Shown: positions 37,520 through 50,918, counted from the stretch's first letter. The stretch: 64,000 nucleotides of DNA from Octopus sinensis (GCF_006345805.1 NC_043002.1:41974001-42038000); one strand, 5' to 3'. The notes: generated by a model from the sequence alone, not told the origin. Numbers and translations are program-made.

Positions 37520-38225
37520 TGCATTCGCTGTCATGTGCTGAAAAGCAGTGAGGAGACTAAGCGCTGCAAAGACAGATATTCGTCTGCTCAAGAAAGTTTT
37601 CCCAATGCCCACAGCGTGTTAGTGGAATATCATGGAGGTAAGTAGAGAAGTTTAAATATCTTGGGACCGTATTGATGAATGACGGGTGGCAGGAAGCTGA
37701 ACTGGATGCTAAAATTGCAGGTGCTGATACAATAATGCGCCAGCTTCGACATTCAATCCGAGGTTGGGAAAAAAAAAAGAAGCCAAACTCGATATCTTCA
37801 AATAGGTTTTCTTGCCTATCCTCATCTATGGTCATCAATGTTGGATTCACTGTCGAGTGTTGAAAGGCAGTGATAACAATAAACGTTGTGAAGACAGCTC
37901 AAGAAAGTCTTCCCAATGACCACTGCGTGTTAATGATGGAATTCATTTCGGATTTCGCGCCTATCTTCACTTATGGTCATGAATGTTGGGTAATGACTGA
38001 AAGAGTAAGATCGCGAAAACAAGCTGCCAAAATGGAGCTCCTCTGAAGGGTTTCTGAAGTTACGTTACTCAACAGGGCGTTCTCGTAACTTGGAGAACAG
38101 GGAGTCCCTTCAGGTCGAGCCGCTACGTGAGAGGTTACAGCTCTGGAAGTACGGACATGTGATTAGATTGCCGCAGGAAAGAATCGTAAGTTGTATTCTT
38201 CAAGCCGAGCCAACCGGCAGGAGAT
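37520..38225 (+). pseudogene. RTE-clade LINE ORF remnant with an internal duplication/deletion
   Basis: VEKFKYLGTVLMNDG..ELDAKIAGA..IMRQL..AKLDIFK.VFLPILIYGH, then TYGHECWVMTERVRSRKQAAKM and QLWKYGHVIRLPQERIV..ILQAEPTG. A segment near 37590 recurs near 37900. Confidence 0.8.
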
Positions 38226-38391
38226 CAGGAATAAGATAATTGGATAATATCCATGGTCAGAATTAGTGATAGTTGGGAATCCAGCCGGGAAATATAATGA
38301 TGGTTGCTTCTGATAGGACTCCTTAGAAGAGCTGAACCCGGAAGTATGTGGTCGGGCAGCGAACTTCTTACCACACACCCAGGCCCGCGCC

Positions 38392-38438
<47 letters not shown>

Positions 38439-39080
38439 CACACACACGTATATAATTGTTTAGCAAAAATAGTATTCACAGTGATTTCAAGGCTCAGGCC
38501 TGCTAATCAACGTTGGACATTTCGATGATGGTTTAGCAGGTTGAAACTTCGAAGTCACTATCAATACTCTTCTTCGTAGGAATAATAAGTATGTACTCTA
38601 CAAAATATATTGAGCAAACCTTTAGTTTAATGTTAAATTGCTTTTATCATAATTTAACATAAAACAAGCATAAGTATGTGTGTGTGTGTGTGTGTGTGCG
38701 CGTGTGTGTGCATGTGTGCGTGCGCGCGTGCGTATGGAGTAATCATTATAGCCTACTTAACGTGAATGTATTATGACAACGTTGAATACTGCGGTATTCG
38801 CCTTGAGAGATCTCATGTCGATCTACGGTGCTAAGAGCACAGGCATATATCGCTAGCAGATGAGAACCGTCTTGCATCGGGGCCAGAACTGTCAGGTCAC
38901 GTGATTTCGGCTCTTTCGCTTTCTCTGTGGCAAGCTCATGATCCAAAACTCAATGCCAACAATATATAGAATAACAGTGGATTTTCCGTCATTAATATTG
39001 CAAATAGCCAGTAGGCTTATGAGGATGTGCATGCGTGCGTATGTGTGTGCGTGTGTGTGTGCGTGTGTGTGAGTGTGTGT

Positions 39081-39131
<51 letters not shown>

Positions 39132-39424
39132 TGTGCGTGCGTGCACATACATTTATAAGGAACGTAGCTGTGGTGACAATGAATCTTGTAGTAACCACGT
39201 TTCAAATACTGCAAATTCATGTACCACGATGGCAACTGTATAAGATTTGGTTTTCCTTGAACTGGAAATGTGAACCAACTTCTATTCGTGTGTTTGTTAA
39301 ACGGAAATAAAATGGCAAACGAGTCAGTTCGACGAATCAACATGTTAATCCTCTTGATACCAATCAGCCTGAGACCCGCCTTTGCTGCCGTGATACAAGC
39401 TTCTTATTTTAAAATGATCTAAAT

Positions 39425-39727
39425 AGGTACAGGCGTGGCTGTGTTGTAAGAAGCTTGCTTTTTAACCGGGTTCAGTCTCATTGCGTGGCACCTTGGGTAA
39501 ATGATTTCTACTATAGCCTCGGACCAGTCAGTTTCCGACCAAAATTTAGTAGTCGGAAACTGAAAGAGCTCGTCGTCGTGATGAAAGGCAAGGCTGACCT
39601 CAGCGGAATTTGAACTCGGAACGTAGTGGTAGGCGAAATACCTATTTCTTTACTACCCACAAGGGGCTAAACTCAGAGAGGACAAACAAGGACAGACAAA
39701 CGGATTAAGTCGATTACATCGACCCCA
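39425..39727. mobile_element. SINE-A 5' part (+, 39425-39575) fused to a SINE-B dimer fragment (-, 39580-39727)
   Basis: Both match the family consensus; the SINE-B piece includes the re-entry junction at ~39645. Confidence 0.75.
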
Positions 39728-40550
39728 GATGAAAGGAAACAAAGGAATTCTGTTTTCAGTGGGGGGAAAACAGAGCCGAAACAATTGTTGAACAAGTGTT
39801 CAAACAGCTTATAAGGACATTGCCATGAGCAAAACACAAATTTACGAGTGGTTTTCACGCTTTAGGAATGGTCACTTCTTGCTTGAAGACCAAATTCGTT
39901 CATCACTGGTGACGAAAGTTGGTTCTACGATTACGACCCGGAAACGAAGCAGCAATCAAGTCAATGGAAGCTTCAATGTTACCATGCCCCACAAAAGTGC
40001 GTTAAGTGAAGGTCAATGTCAAGACGATACTGATTTGTTTTATCGATGCGAAAGGAGTTCTCCACACAGAATTTGTTCCTCCTAGTGAAACTTAACCAGG
40101 CATTTTACTTGGCAGTTCTGCAGCGTTTGCGAGATACAGTGAGACGAAAACGTCCCGACCAGTGGCAAAGTGGAGAGTGATGGTTTCATCACGGCAATGC
40201 ATCTTCGCATAAGACAATTTTTGACCAAAAATGGCATGAATCCGTTTACCCACCCTCTCTATTCACCCGATCTTGCTCTCTGCAACTTTCTTTTGTTTCC
40301 CCGGATGAAAAAAGTCCTTGAAAGAGAACGTTTCGTAGATGTGAAAGAAGTGAAGAAAAACAAAGACGGAGACGTTAAAAGTCATCACTTCGCAAGAGTT
40401 CCAGGACTGCTTCGAACAGTGGAAAACACTTTCGGGCCACGGCATTGCTTCAAATGGAGAATACAATGAAGGCAATAGAAGTGTAAACATATAAAACTAA
40501 GAGAATAAAATAATATTGCAAAATTCCGGTTTCTTTTGGGTAACCCCTCG
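39728..40550 (+). mobile_element. Mariner (DD34D, irritans-like) transposon, 5'-truncated with an internal deletion
   Basis: MSKTQIYEWFSRFRNG, ITGDESWFYDYDPETKQQSSQW, HPLYSPDLALCNFLLFPRMK..RF.DV.EVK. The 3' end reads TTTCTTTTGGGTAACCCCTCG+TA. Confidence 0.85.
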
Positions 40551-40567
40551 TATATACAGTATATATA

Positions 40568-40910
40568 GTTTCTTCTGCTATAGCCTCGGGCCGACCAAAG
40601 CCTTGTGAATGGATTTGGTAGACGGAAACTGAAAGAAGCCCGTCATATGTATATATATATATGCATTTGTGTGTCAGTTTGTCTCCCTACCATCGCTTGA
40701 TAACCGATGTTGGTGTGTTTACATCCCCGTAACTTAGCAGTTCAGCAGAAAGAAACTGATAGAATAAGTACTAGGTTTACAAAGAATAAGTACAAGGCTT
40801 AAAAAAAAAAGAAAGAAATACTGGGTCGATTCATTCAACTGAAATTTTTCGAGGAAGTGCCCCAGCATGGCTGCAGTCTAATGACTGAAACAAGCAAAAG
40901 ATAAAAAGAA
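40568..40910 (+). mobile_element. SINE-A, 5'-truncated
   Basis: Tail GTGCCCCAGCATGGCTGCAGTCTAATGACTGAAACAAG. Confidence 0.88.
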
Positions 40911-40949
40911 GTTTACCATGAAAATTTCATGCTTAGATTTCAAACTCCA

Positions 40950-41142
40950 TCTTAATAATCAAAATGGTATGAAATTTTTTAGGGGAGGAGGAGCCAGTGG
41001 ATTACATCAACTCAGTGCTCGACTGAAACTTATTTTATCGAAAGGTAAAGTCGACGGAATTTGAACTCAGAACGTAAAGACGGACGAAATGTCGAGAAGC
41101 ATTGTTGTCTGGCGAGTAAACGAGTCTGCCAGCTCGCCACTT
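40950..41142 (-). mobile_element. SINE-B short-tail form, degraded
   Basis: GTGGCGAGCTGGCAGA head at ~41140; core partly deleted. Confidence 0.7.
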
Positions 41143-41269
41143 TGAGTATCGTCTTAATAATAACAAAGACATTTCGCCAAATTCTTACATATTTTCAAAA
41201 TTAATTGAAATAAAAATAGTGTATGCCAACAAAACAGTAAATAGATATTTCAAATCTAAATACTTCAGT

Positions 41270-41737
41270 CGATAAGGAAAAAAAACGTCGAATTATCTTA
41301 AAAGATGATTGTTAGAAAGAGCAAACAAAACTAATTTTAAAAGTATATTAAAAGGTTTTTGAAAAGGCTCAAATTGCTTCGTATGAAATATTCGAAATGG
41401 CTACACAAAAAGGGGGAAAAAAATCGAAGTCTCATACTTTGACAGAATCAATTATTTTGCTTGCATGCAGAAAGTTGTTTGCTTGCATGCAGAAAGATTG
41501 CTGAAAGACAATGCTAGGAGATCAAATGAGAACATGAAATAAGTAAAATTCCTCACTCAAATAATACAGTTCGTAAGCGCATTTTTGAATTGTCTGCTGA
41601 CATGTAAGAAAATGTATGTCGTGATAAGCTTTAACATTCTAATTTTGTTTTGCTGGCTGATGAGTCAACAAACATTACCAACGAAGCGCAGCTTTTGGCA
41701 TTCATTCATTTCATTGATGGAGATCAAATAGTGAATA

Positions 41738-41778
<41 letters not shown>

Positions 41779-42010
41779 TGCAAAGAAATGTCAGGCACTC
41801 CAAGACATTTTTACATTTTAAATAACTACCTTGAAAAGAAGGAATTGTCATGGGAGTCTTATGTTGTTATTTGTGCCCTTGAAACTTTTTTCCCAAGACC
41901 GGGTTCTTCGAAAGAGCTTAAAAGCAAAATCTGGATGTTATTATGACCCACTGATTTCTACACAGAAAGCCCTGATCGTGAAATCATTGAGAGTTGAATT
42001 TTTGATCAAA
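41270..42010 (+). pseudogene. hAT (Charlie/Buster-type) transposase remnant
   Basis: AQIASYEI..KSHTL.ES.IL.AC, IPHSNNTVRKRI.ELS.D, LLADESTNITNEAQLLAFI.FI, FCKEM..T..IF..LNNYL.K..LSW. Interrupted by (TTTC)n. Confidence 0.85.
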
Positions 42011-42079
42011 TAGTTGAAATGCTTAATTTTTTTAAAGCAGAACAGCATTTTCATGCATACATAAATTTCAAATTTCCTT

Positions 42080-42118
42080 TACTGCTGCTGCTGCTACTAC
42101 TACTACTGCTGCTACTGC

Positions 42119-42154
<36 letters not shown>

Positions 42155-42169
42155 CACCACCACCACCAT

Positions 42170-42200
<31 letters not shown>

Positions 42201-42224
42201 GCTACTGCTGCTGCTGCTGCCACC

Positions 42225-42291
<67 letters not shown>

Positions 42292-42292
42292 A
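42080..42292. repeat. (TGC/TAC/CAC)n compound microsatellite
   Basis: Direct reading. Confidence 0.95.
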
Positions 42293-42324
42293 ATTTTCCC
42301 TCTCTTTATACTATTAACGAACTG

Positions 42325-42540
42325 TGAGGTGAGCTGGCAGAATCGTAGGCGCGTTGGAAAATGTTTAGCGGCGTTTCTTTCGGCCGTTTACGTTCTGAGT
42401 TCAGATCCTACCAAGCTCAACTTTGCCTTTCATCCTTTCGGAGTGCATAAAATAAATACTAGTCAAGTAGTGGGGTTGATTTAATCGACTAATCCGCTTC
42501 CCCTGAAAATTGCTGTCTTTGTGACAAGATTTGAAACAGT
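42325..42540 (+). mobile_element. SINE-B short-tail form
   Basis: GAGGTGAGCTGGCAGAATCG head, B box and core. Confidence 0.8.
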
Positions 42541-42719
42541 TTACACACCCACTCTTTCTATATAATGAATTATGAATTGAATTTAATGTAATGTTTAGTA
42601 GACACTAAGTACTCTGTACTGAAGAGATCTAACGAGGTTGAAATAGCTTTATGCGAATGCTTAGGATTTTATAAATAAATTTGGGAGAAAAATTCAAAGA
42701 AAGCAAATTTAATCAAATA

Positions 42720-42860
42720 AAGGCGTGGCTGTGTGGTAAAAAATTTTCTTCCCAACAACATGGTTCAGAGTTCGGGCCACGGCATGACACCTTGGGCAGG
42801 TATCTTCTGCTATAGACTCGGGCCGACCAAAGCCTTGATGGAAACAGAAAGAAGGCCGTC

Positions 42861-42959
<99 letters not shown>

Positions 42960-43150
42960 ATATATGTACCTATCACCACTTGATAATCGGTATTGGTGTG
43001 TTTACATCTACGTAACTTAGCAGTCGGTAAAAAGAAAAAAAAGACTGATTGAATAAGTACCAGGTACTGGGGTTAATTCATTTGACTAAAATCGTTCAAG
43101 ACGGTGCCCCAGCATGGCTGCAGTCTAATGACTGAAGCAAGTAAAAGGCA
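42720..43150 (+). mobile_element. SINE-A with an expanded (TA)n
   Basis: Head AGGCGTGGCTGTGTGGTAA; tail with CAGTC-TAAT-GACTG. Confidence 0.85.
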
Positions 43151-43254
43151 AAAGGTAAATAAATGTATGAAGATACTCTTTATTCTTTTCACTAACGAAA
43201 AAAAAAATAATAAAAAGAAAAGAGAAACCAAGTTAATATTAATAATATGGATTC

Positions 43255-43488
43255 TTATTTCTTTATTGCCCACAAGGGACTAAACATAGAGGGGACAGAC
43301 AGGGGGACACAAAGGGATTAAGTCGATTACATCGACACCAGTGCGTAACTGGTACTTCATTTATCAACCCCAAAAGGATGAAAGACAAAGTCGACCTCGG
43401 CGGAATTTGAACCCAGAACGTAACGGCAGACGAAATACGGCTACGCATTTCGCACGGCGTGCTAACGATTCTGCCAGCTCGCCGCCTT
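43255..43488 (-). mobile_element. SINE-B long-tail monomer
   Basis: Complete unit ending AAAGAAATAAG with no re-entry. Confidence 0.9.
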
Positions 43489-43859
43489 AATAATGGGGAT
43501 TCTAGCAAGATATTGTCTCCCTTGCCATGAAGGCAAACAATCAACCGCTTAACTGGAAGATTACGTTAAAAAATTGCTTGTTTAAAAATAATTACATTCA
43601 TATTGATTCGCAACTCAAACACTTATTTTTAAACCCCCAAAGGGGGAAATCCTTTCAAGGCAGGAAGCTCTCTGGCGTGTGCATGAACTCCGAAAAGAGC
43701 GTCTTGCACTTTTTTTTTCCGAAGAAGCAAATGAAAATTACTTCTATTAATAAGTCGTTTTAACCGGTGGACCTTGAAGTAGATAAAACTATAAATAATT
43801 GCGTGTAAATATTGGGTTAACCCCCCATCCTATTTGGATGGAGAAAGTTGAATGTATTT

Positions 43860-44170
43860 AAAAATTTTTTTTTACTTGTTTCAATAATTTGACTGCGGCC
43901 ATGCTGGGGCACCACCCTGAACGATTTTTTTAGTTGTATGAATCGACTCCAGTACTTATTTTTAAAACCTAGTATTTATTCTACCGGTGGCTTTTGCCGA
44001 ACCGCTAAGTTACAGGGATATATAAACGCATCAATACCAGTTAAGCGGTGGTGGAAGACAGAGACAAAGACACACACACACACCTGCCCTCCACCACCGC
44101 TTAACTGGTATTGATGCGTTTATATATCCCCGTAACTTAGCGGTTCGGCAAAAGCCATTGATAGAATAAA

Positions 44171-44211
<41 letters not shown>

Positions 44212-44325
44212 ACTGGCTACTTTCAATTTCCGTCTTCCAAATCCACTCACAAGGCTTTGGTCAGTACGAGGCTATAGTAAAAGAAACTTGCCCAAAGTGC
44301 CACGCAGTGGTTCCGAACCCGCACT
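43860..44325 (-). mobile_element. SINE-A containing an internal fold-back (arms 43970-44055 / 44090-44175)
   Basis: 86-nt arms with 4 mismatches; both arms share deviations from other SINE-A copies. Confidence 0.88.
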
Positions 44326-44419
44326 GCTTCGAGTTCACCGTTAAAAGCGATTTATTTCATGTTTCATGGGTCTTCTAAATTCTCATGTCGTAAACTTTTT
44401 TTTTGATATTTTCCGTGTG

Positions 44420-44640
44420 ATTAAGGCAGCAATCTGACAGAATCATTAACACACCGGGCCAAAGGCTTAGCAACGTTTCGTCCACCCTCACGTTCTCAGT
44501 TCAAATTTTGGCGAAGTCGACTTTGCTTTTCATCTTTTCGGGGTCGATAAAATAAGTACCAGTTGAGCATTGGTGTTGTTGTAATCGACTTGCCCTCTCC
44601 CCTAAAATTGCTGGCCTTGTGCCAAAATTTGAAACCAATA
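44420..44640 (+). mobile_element. SINE-B short-tail form
   Basis: Degenerate head, B box, core, and tail CCCTAAAATTGCTGGCCTTGTGCCAAAATTTGAAACC. Confidence 0.8.
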
Positions 44641-45029
44641 TTTTCAATGTAATTTTTGCTTGTGCCACTTGCCTGTTTTCCAGAATAATACCGAAGCCAG
44701 TTTCCAGTTTCTTCATGACTAACAATAAATCTCAACATGCAATCAGCAAAAGAAGTTAGACTGAACCTGACAGATCATGCCTTTCCCACTGTCAACTTTA
44801 TGTTGGTATTTCAAGCATTGGGAACTCTGGTTGTCTTTTCATCATAGCACCAGATAGCAAAGCCAATGAATATTTTTAAAGCGATGTGTTGGAATGCAGA
44901 AATAAATAAATAAGAACATTTCGTAGTAATTCTTATTTTACGTAAAAAAGAGGAAAATACAGAGATTCCAGTTCCTTATTCATATAGATTGAAATGCATG
45001 CAGAAATCTCTACATTATCGCAGACTCTC

Positions 45030-45248
45030 TCTCTCTTTACTGTTTTACTTGTTTCAGTCATTTGACTGCGGCCATGCTGGAGCACCACCTTTAGTCGAGC
45101 AAATCGACCCCGGGACTTATTATTTGTAAGCCCAGTACTTATTCTATCGGTCTCTTTTGCCGAACCGCTAAGTGACGGGGACGTAAACACACCAGCATCG
45201 GTTGTCAAGCAATGCTAGGGGGACAAACACAGACACACAAACATATAG

Positions 45249-45345
<97 letters not shown>

Positions 45346-45506
45346 CATATATACGACAGGCTTCTTTCAGTTTCCGTCTACCAAATCCACTCACAAGGCA
45401 TTGGTCGGCCCGGGGCTATAGCAGAAGACACTTACCCAAGATGTCACGCAGTGGGACTGAACCCGGTACCATGTGGTTGGTAAGCAAGCTACTTACCACA
45501 CAGCCA
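45030..45506 (-). mobile_element. SINE-A, full length, expanded (TA)n(TG)n
   Basis: Near-identical to 37097-37508 outside the microsatellite. Confidence 0.92.
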
Positions 45507-46019
45507 GGTTTTTTTTTTTTTGCTAAAATACTCGGCCATCGCTAAGTACCTTGGTAGGTAAACCTATATACGTGCACTTCACAGAAATCCTAATTAACTG
45601 AGATATTCGTCCTAGAGATGACATTTCCTGTTGACATGAAGTATTAAATAACCCAAAGTTATATCAGCAGCTAACGAAAATACGTCCTGCAGATGTGGTA
45701 GCATTATTAATCGTTCCTTTCTGCTTCTTTGGGCTTCGTAAGTATTAAGTACCTATTGGCAACCGTATGCTAACACAAAATCCGCCGTTAGCGATTAGAA
45801 AATCACTGATATTGCAGTTTTCTGGCCGGCTGGTTAAAAATTCGTTATATGCACCAAAACCAGTATTAGTTTTAAAATCTGTGTTTGATACTTAACGTCG
45901 ATACATCATCAAAATTCTAATTAACTGCGGCATTCGCTTGTCTTAGTTTTGCACTATTGTAACTAGAATTTGCATTGGTGCACATCTTTTCACTGAGTAG
46001 GCAATATTTTATGTGACAA

Positions 46020-46345
46020 TTACGTTCTGAGTTCAAATTCCGCCGAGGTCGACTTTGCCTTTCATCCTTTCGGGGTCGATAAATTAAGTACCAGTTATGC
46101 ACTGGGGTCGATATAATCGACTTAATCAGTTTGTCTGTCTTTGTTTGTCTTCTCTGTGTTTAGCCCCTTGTGGGTAGTAAAGAAATAGGTATTCTATTCG
46201 TTTTTACGTTCTGAGTTCAAATGCCGCCAAGGTCGACTTTGCACTTCATCCTTTTGTGGTCGACAAAATAAATATCAGTTGAGCACTGGAGTCAATATAT
46301 AGTCAACTTACCCACTTCTCTGTAATTACTGGCTGTGTTCCAAAA
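46020..46345 (+). mobile_element. SINE-B dimer, 5'-truncated
   Basis: Starts at TACGTTCTGAGTTC; re-entry at ~46190. Confidence 0.85.
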
Positions 46346-46859
46346 TTTGAGACCATTATTAGGTAACATTTTATGTGGCAAATTTTTTAAAGTTTTTGAC
46401 CAGTCGCATTCTATTTAATGTTCACTAGCGTGGAAAATAGTCTTTCTATGTGAAAATAAGAAACCAATTCTTTAATGGTATTTCCTACATACAGAATAAA
46501 TTATCTACATAAGTTCAGTACATACATACCTACGATGATGACGGCTTGCTAGCATTTAATAGCTACTTGCAATTTTATATTTATATTTTTAAAAATAAAA
46601 TTATGAGCTAATTAAATTCGAACCGATTTTGCTAATATTTATGTGCGTGAAAGCATTTAAATATAAATAATTGTTTTTGTATGTAAATACAAATAATTCT
46701 TTTTTATTTATATGTATTTCTTTGAAAGAAAATAGATTTTGTAAATTAAAATTAATGGTCTATGTAAATAAATAAACAAAATCTGAATATCTTCAGTTAA
46801 ATACAATGGAACAAACAGTCAAATGAAAAGGAAACAGCAACCATTAATAATATCTTTCA

Positions 46860-47625
46860 TTTTTATCGTTTACCTATTTCAGTTATTGAATTGCAACCAT
46901 GCTGGTGCACCGCCTCGAAGGATTTAGTCGAAAAAATCAGCCCCAGTATTTTTTTTTTAAAAGTGTGGCACATATTCTATTTTTTTTTTGCCTAACCGCT
47001 AAGTTACGGGGTTGTAAACAAACCAACACTGGTTGTCAAGCAGTAGGGGGATAAACACAAACACAAAAAGTCTCTCTCTCTCTCTCTTTCTCACACACAC
47101 ACACATAAATATATATAGACATATTTAGACAATAGACAAAACTACATCCCATTTCTTTCTCTCTAGCACCTTGGACTCTATACCAAACTCTATTTAAAGG
47201 AGATTTCAACGAAAAAAACTCCAGACATGTTTTGACCACCAAACAGAAGATAATCTGTTTTTACTTCAAAATTTTTATAATCGAAATCGGTAATATTTTA
47301 TACTTTCTTTATATACTTTTTAAATCATTTTATTAAATGCTTTCTAAATTGAAATGTCTTAGATTTACTTTTGTACTGTTTCTACCTCCATCTTTCATAT
47401 ATAAAAAAATTTGATTTGCATAGATTTCTAATCTTTTTTTCACCTGTAACACACACACACACCACACACACACACACACACACATTTATTCAACAAGCTT
47501 CCACACAATATCCGTCAACCAAACTCACTCGTAAAATATTGGTCGATCCGGGCTATTGTAGAAGACACTTAGCCTAAGTGCCGCGAAATCAGTACCTTGA
47601 GCAGGTGAGCTTCTTAGCGACACAG
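46860..47625 (-). mobile_element. Old SINE-A in two pieces (3' half 46860-47100, 5' half 47480-47625)
   Basis: The halves match the family and are separated by ~380 bp of unrelated sequence. Confidence 0.6.
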
Positions 47626-47694
47626 CTAAACTAAAACTAAGTAATATAACTCAATACTGTATATCGCAGGTAACATTATCATTTTATGATTTTT

Positions 47695-48135
47695 GAACTC
47701 GCAGAGTCGTTAGCACGCCGGGCGAAATGCTTAGCGGCATTTCGTCTGTGTTTACGTTCTGAGTTCAAATTCCGCCGAGGTTGACTTTTCCTTTCATCCT
47801 TTCGGGGTCGATAAAATAAGTACCAGTTGCTTATTGGGGTCGATCTAATCGACCGGTCCCCTCCTCCCAAATTTCAAGCCTTATGCTTATCGTAGAAGGG
47901 ATTATTTTTGAACTCTTTAAGGTGGGTTGCTGGTAGAATCGTTAGCACGATGTGCAAAATGCTTAGATGCATGTCGTCCGTCTTGACGTTCTGAGTACAA
48001 ATTCGGTCGGGGTTGACTTTGTCTTTTATCCTTACGGGGTCGATAAAATAAGTACCTGTTGAGTACTGAGGCTGATGTAATCGATTTACTCCTCATCCAC
48101 CGCACCAAATTGCTGGCCTTGTACCAAACTTGATG
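47695..48135 (+). mobile_element. Two adjacent SINE-B short-tail copies
   Basis: Units 47695-47905 and 47921-48135. Confidence 0.85.
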
Positions 48136-48274
48136 CCAGCTCTATTGGCCTTTGCCTTTCCCTTGAACAACATCGGTACGTGGAGAGGGTATGCACGAAG
48201 GGGGTCCTTTTTTTTTAGTTGACTAGAATTTCAAGTTTCGTCTGGCCCTGGTCAACAGTAATTCTATTCAAATA

Positions 48275-48840
48275 CCCATCTCATTTCTATGATCATAAAT
48301 ATATTCAAGAAAGGGCTATACTTACCTTCAATAATAAATGAAGACAGTTAACAGTAATGCTATTCAAGTACCCACCACTACCCATTCTATGATCATAAAT
48401 GGATTCAAGAAAGAGCTATACTTGTCTTCGTTAATAAATGAAATGAATTTTAAATATTTTGAATCCCTTCCGAGAAAGTCCATTACATACAAATCATTGA
48501 ACTCTATGGAAAATCCTTCTAAATCTTTGCTTTGCATACCATAGAATGCTTTCACAAGTCATAGAAGCGACAATTTTGATTAGTGGAGCCACATGTAAAG
48601 CTGTAAAGCTATAAAGCTGCTTTCATTCAAAAGTTCTTTTGTCTTAATAGAAATACTCTTCGAATTTAAATATTTCAATTTCCTGTAGCTTTTTCTTTGC
48701 AATGAACATTAACAAGGCTCTATGGCAAAGTCACAGAGTTACTGGAATCAGTTAAAATCGCATTGGATACAATAGATATTTGTTCCTTTTGATTTGTCTA
48801 GAACAACTAAGAATAGTGTATCCTTCCAAGCACTGAAATA
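48275..48840 (+). pseudogene. Helitron RepHel (PIF1-type helicase) C-terminal remnant
   Basis: Across frameshifts: YDHKWIQERAILV, LPRKSITYKS, QVIEATILI, FQFPVA..FAMNINKALWQS..VTGI, TKNSVSFQALK*. The first ~85 bp are tandemly duplicated. Confidence 0.8.
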
Positions 48841-49230
48841 AATGCTGCAAAGCTGTTACTAATTGGAAAAAATAATTCATTTTATGTAATATTACAAATT
48901 AGTAGAATAATGTCAATAAATAATTAAATAAATAAATGAATGAATGAATGAATAATTTAATTTCCAGTAAATTAGACCGATATTTGTGAGAATAAAATTT
49001 TAGTATAAATTCTATATTTTTAGTGTATTTTTGTGAAGTCTAAGCACAATCGTCTCTATTGCTGGCATTAAAAAATTCTGGGTGATTGAACATTTCCGGA
49101 AGAGCTGAAAATTTGTCAGCAACTTCTATAACACATTTATCACAAATGTAGTGAATTAATGTGGTTTTAGCTATTTTAAGTACTCATAATGCAGGCAACA
49201 CTGAGTATACACATAAAACAGATAGATATG

Positions 49231-49262
<32 letters not shown>

Positions 49263-49506
49263 AACACACACAAACACACGCACACACACATACATAAACA
49301 CACACATACATACACGCGTGCATATACACATGTGTATATTTGTGCGTGTGTGTTTGCGTGTGCATATCTGTTGTATGTTAAATGTGTACATATACATACA
49401 CACATACATATATGCACAGATAACAATATAATCATTAGAGTTTATTTAAATCTAAAATTATACATTCAAATTATTTATTAATTGCTATAATGTGGATATT
49501 TGATAT

Positions 49507-50488
49507 TTAGTTGACATGTCCTTTGCTTTTTTCAATGCAAGGACCCTTTTAGGCATCAGATGACAAATATTCTCTTGCGGAATTTCTTGCCAAGTTTCAT
49601 GCAGCAATCTCAAAAGATCTGACTTTGAAGATGCTTTCTTGTCTTTTTATGAAGTGTCCTGTCCATTATATCCCACGGTGTTCAATAGGGTTCATATCCA
49701 GTGACTGGCTTGTCCATGAAAGCTTTTTAGTACCATTCTCATCCAACAAATCTTAGGTCGTTTTAGCTGTGTGAGAAGGAGCCCCATCTTCCATAAATAA
49801 AGAGTCTTTAATCATTTCACCACTGGAGAAGATTGGAAGGAGTCCTTTCTGCAATATGGACACATATTTATCTGAGTTTATGTTTCCCTCACACTACACC
49901 AGCTCCAATCAACCATTGCTCCAAATTGCTCCCCAGACCATCACAGAATAGCTTCTGTGTTTCATTGCTTACTGCAATCTTTTCACATCAAATTCTTGAT
50001 CACAGAGTCTCCAGACCCATACTCGACCCTGTCAGGAAATACAGCAAATCTGGACTCATCAGAGAACATAACAGTGTCTCAAAATGCTAATGGCCTCTCC
50101 ACTATCTCACTAGCCAAATGTTTTTTTCGCTTGATATTGGCTGGTCGAAGACGTGGCTTTCTTCTGGTTGCTCTGCAATAGTAACCAAGTTTGTGGAGAT
50201 ACCTTACAACTGTTCTGGGACTGACATCACCTTGTTCTATGTCAGAGGCCTTGCAACGAGGATTATCTTCCACACTTACCTTAGAAAAGAGAAAGGTCCT
50301 GTCAGAGGGCCCTGATTGATCTGGGCGAGGTGATATGGACTCCTTCCTCTCGCTGGTGAATTGCACAATCACTCTATTAACTGTATGAAGTGGGATCATA
50401 AGGCTTTACACTGTCTACCTTCATAATAACCTACAATACGGCCTCTTTGAAATTCAGACAGTTCCAAGGCTTCTTTTGCACATGGCAT
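49507..50488 (-). pseudogene. Tc1-family (DD34E) transposase remnant
   Basis: ELSEFQRGRIVG, TVVRYLHKLG..RKPRL, MFSDESRF, SVMVWGAI, FMEDGAPSHTA and SQSLDMNPIEH, with exactly 34 aa between the second D and the E; several stops. Confidence 0.88.
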
Positions 50489-50849
50489 TATTAAACAGTC
50501 ACATATAGAATCTGTAACATAAAAATTACACACACACACATACACACATAAGCGCGCGCACACACACATATACACACACACACAAACACACACACACACG
50601 CGCATACACACAGAAAGTAACTGATAAAGAAACTTTGAGTCCCATAAATTTGCCAGGGCTGTAATTATAGCCTAATGCTGAGTACTCTTTTTTATTTATC
50701 TAACACCCTGAGTATACACAGTGAAACACATATACCCGCATAGACACACGAAAATACTTATACACACACACACACACACAAATAACGAGGGCATGTTTAT
50801 AAAAGCATTGATTGATTTATCAATGTATGTGTGACACCATGTGTGTGTG

Positions 50850-50876
50850 TGTGATATGTATATTTATCTATCTGAC

Positions 50877-50918
<42 letters not shown>

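Noticed and set aside
38746-38946. 66-aa minus-strand ORF with protein-like composition
   Set aside because: No acceptor site or family motif found.
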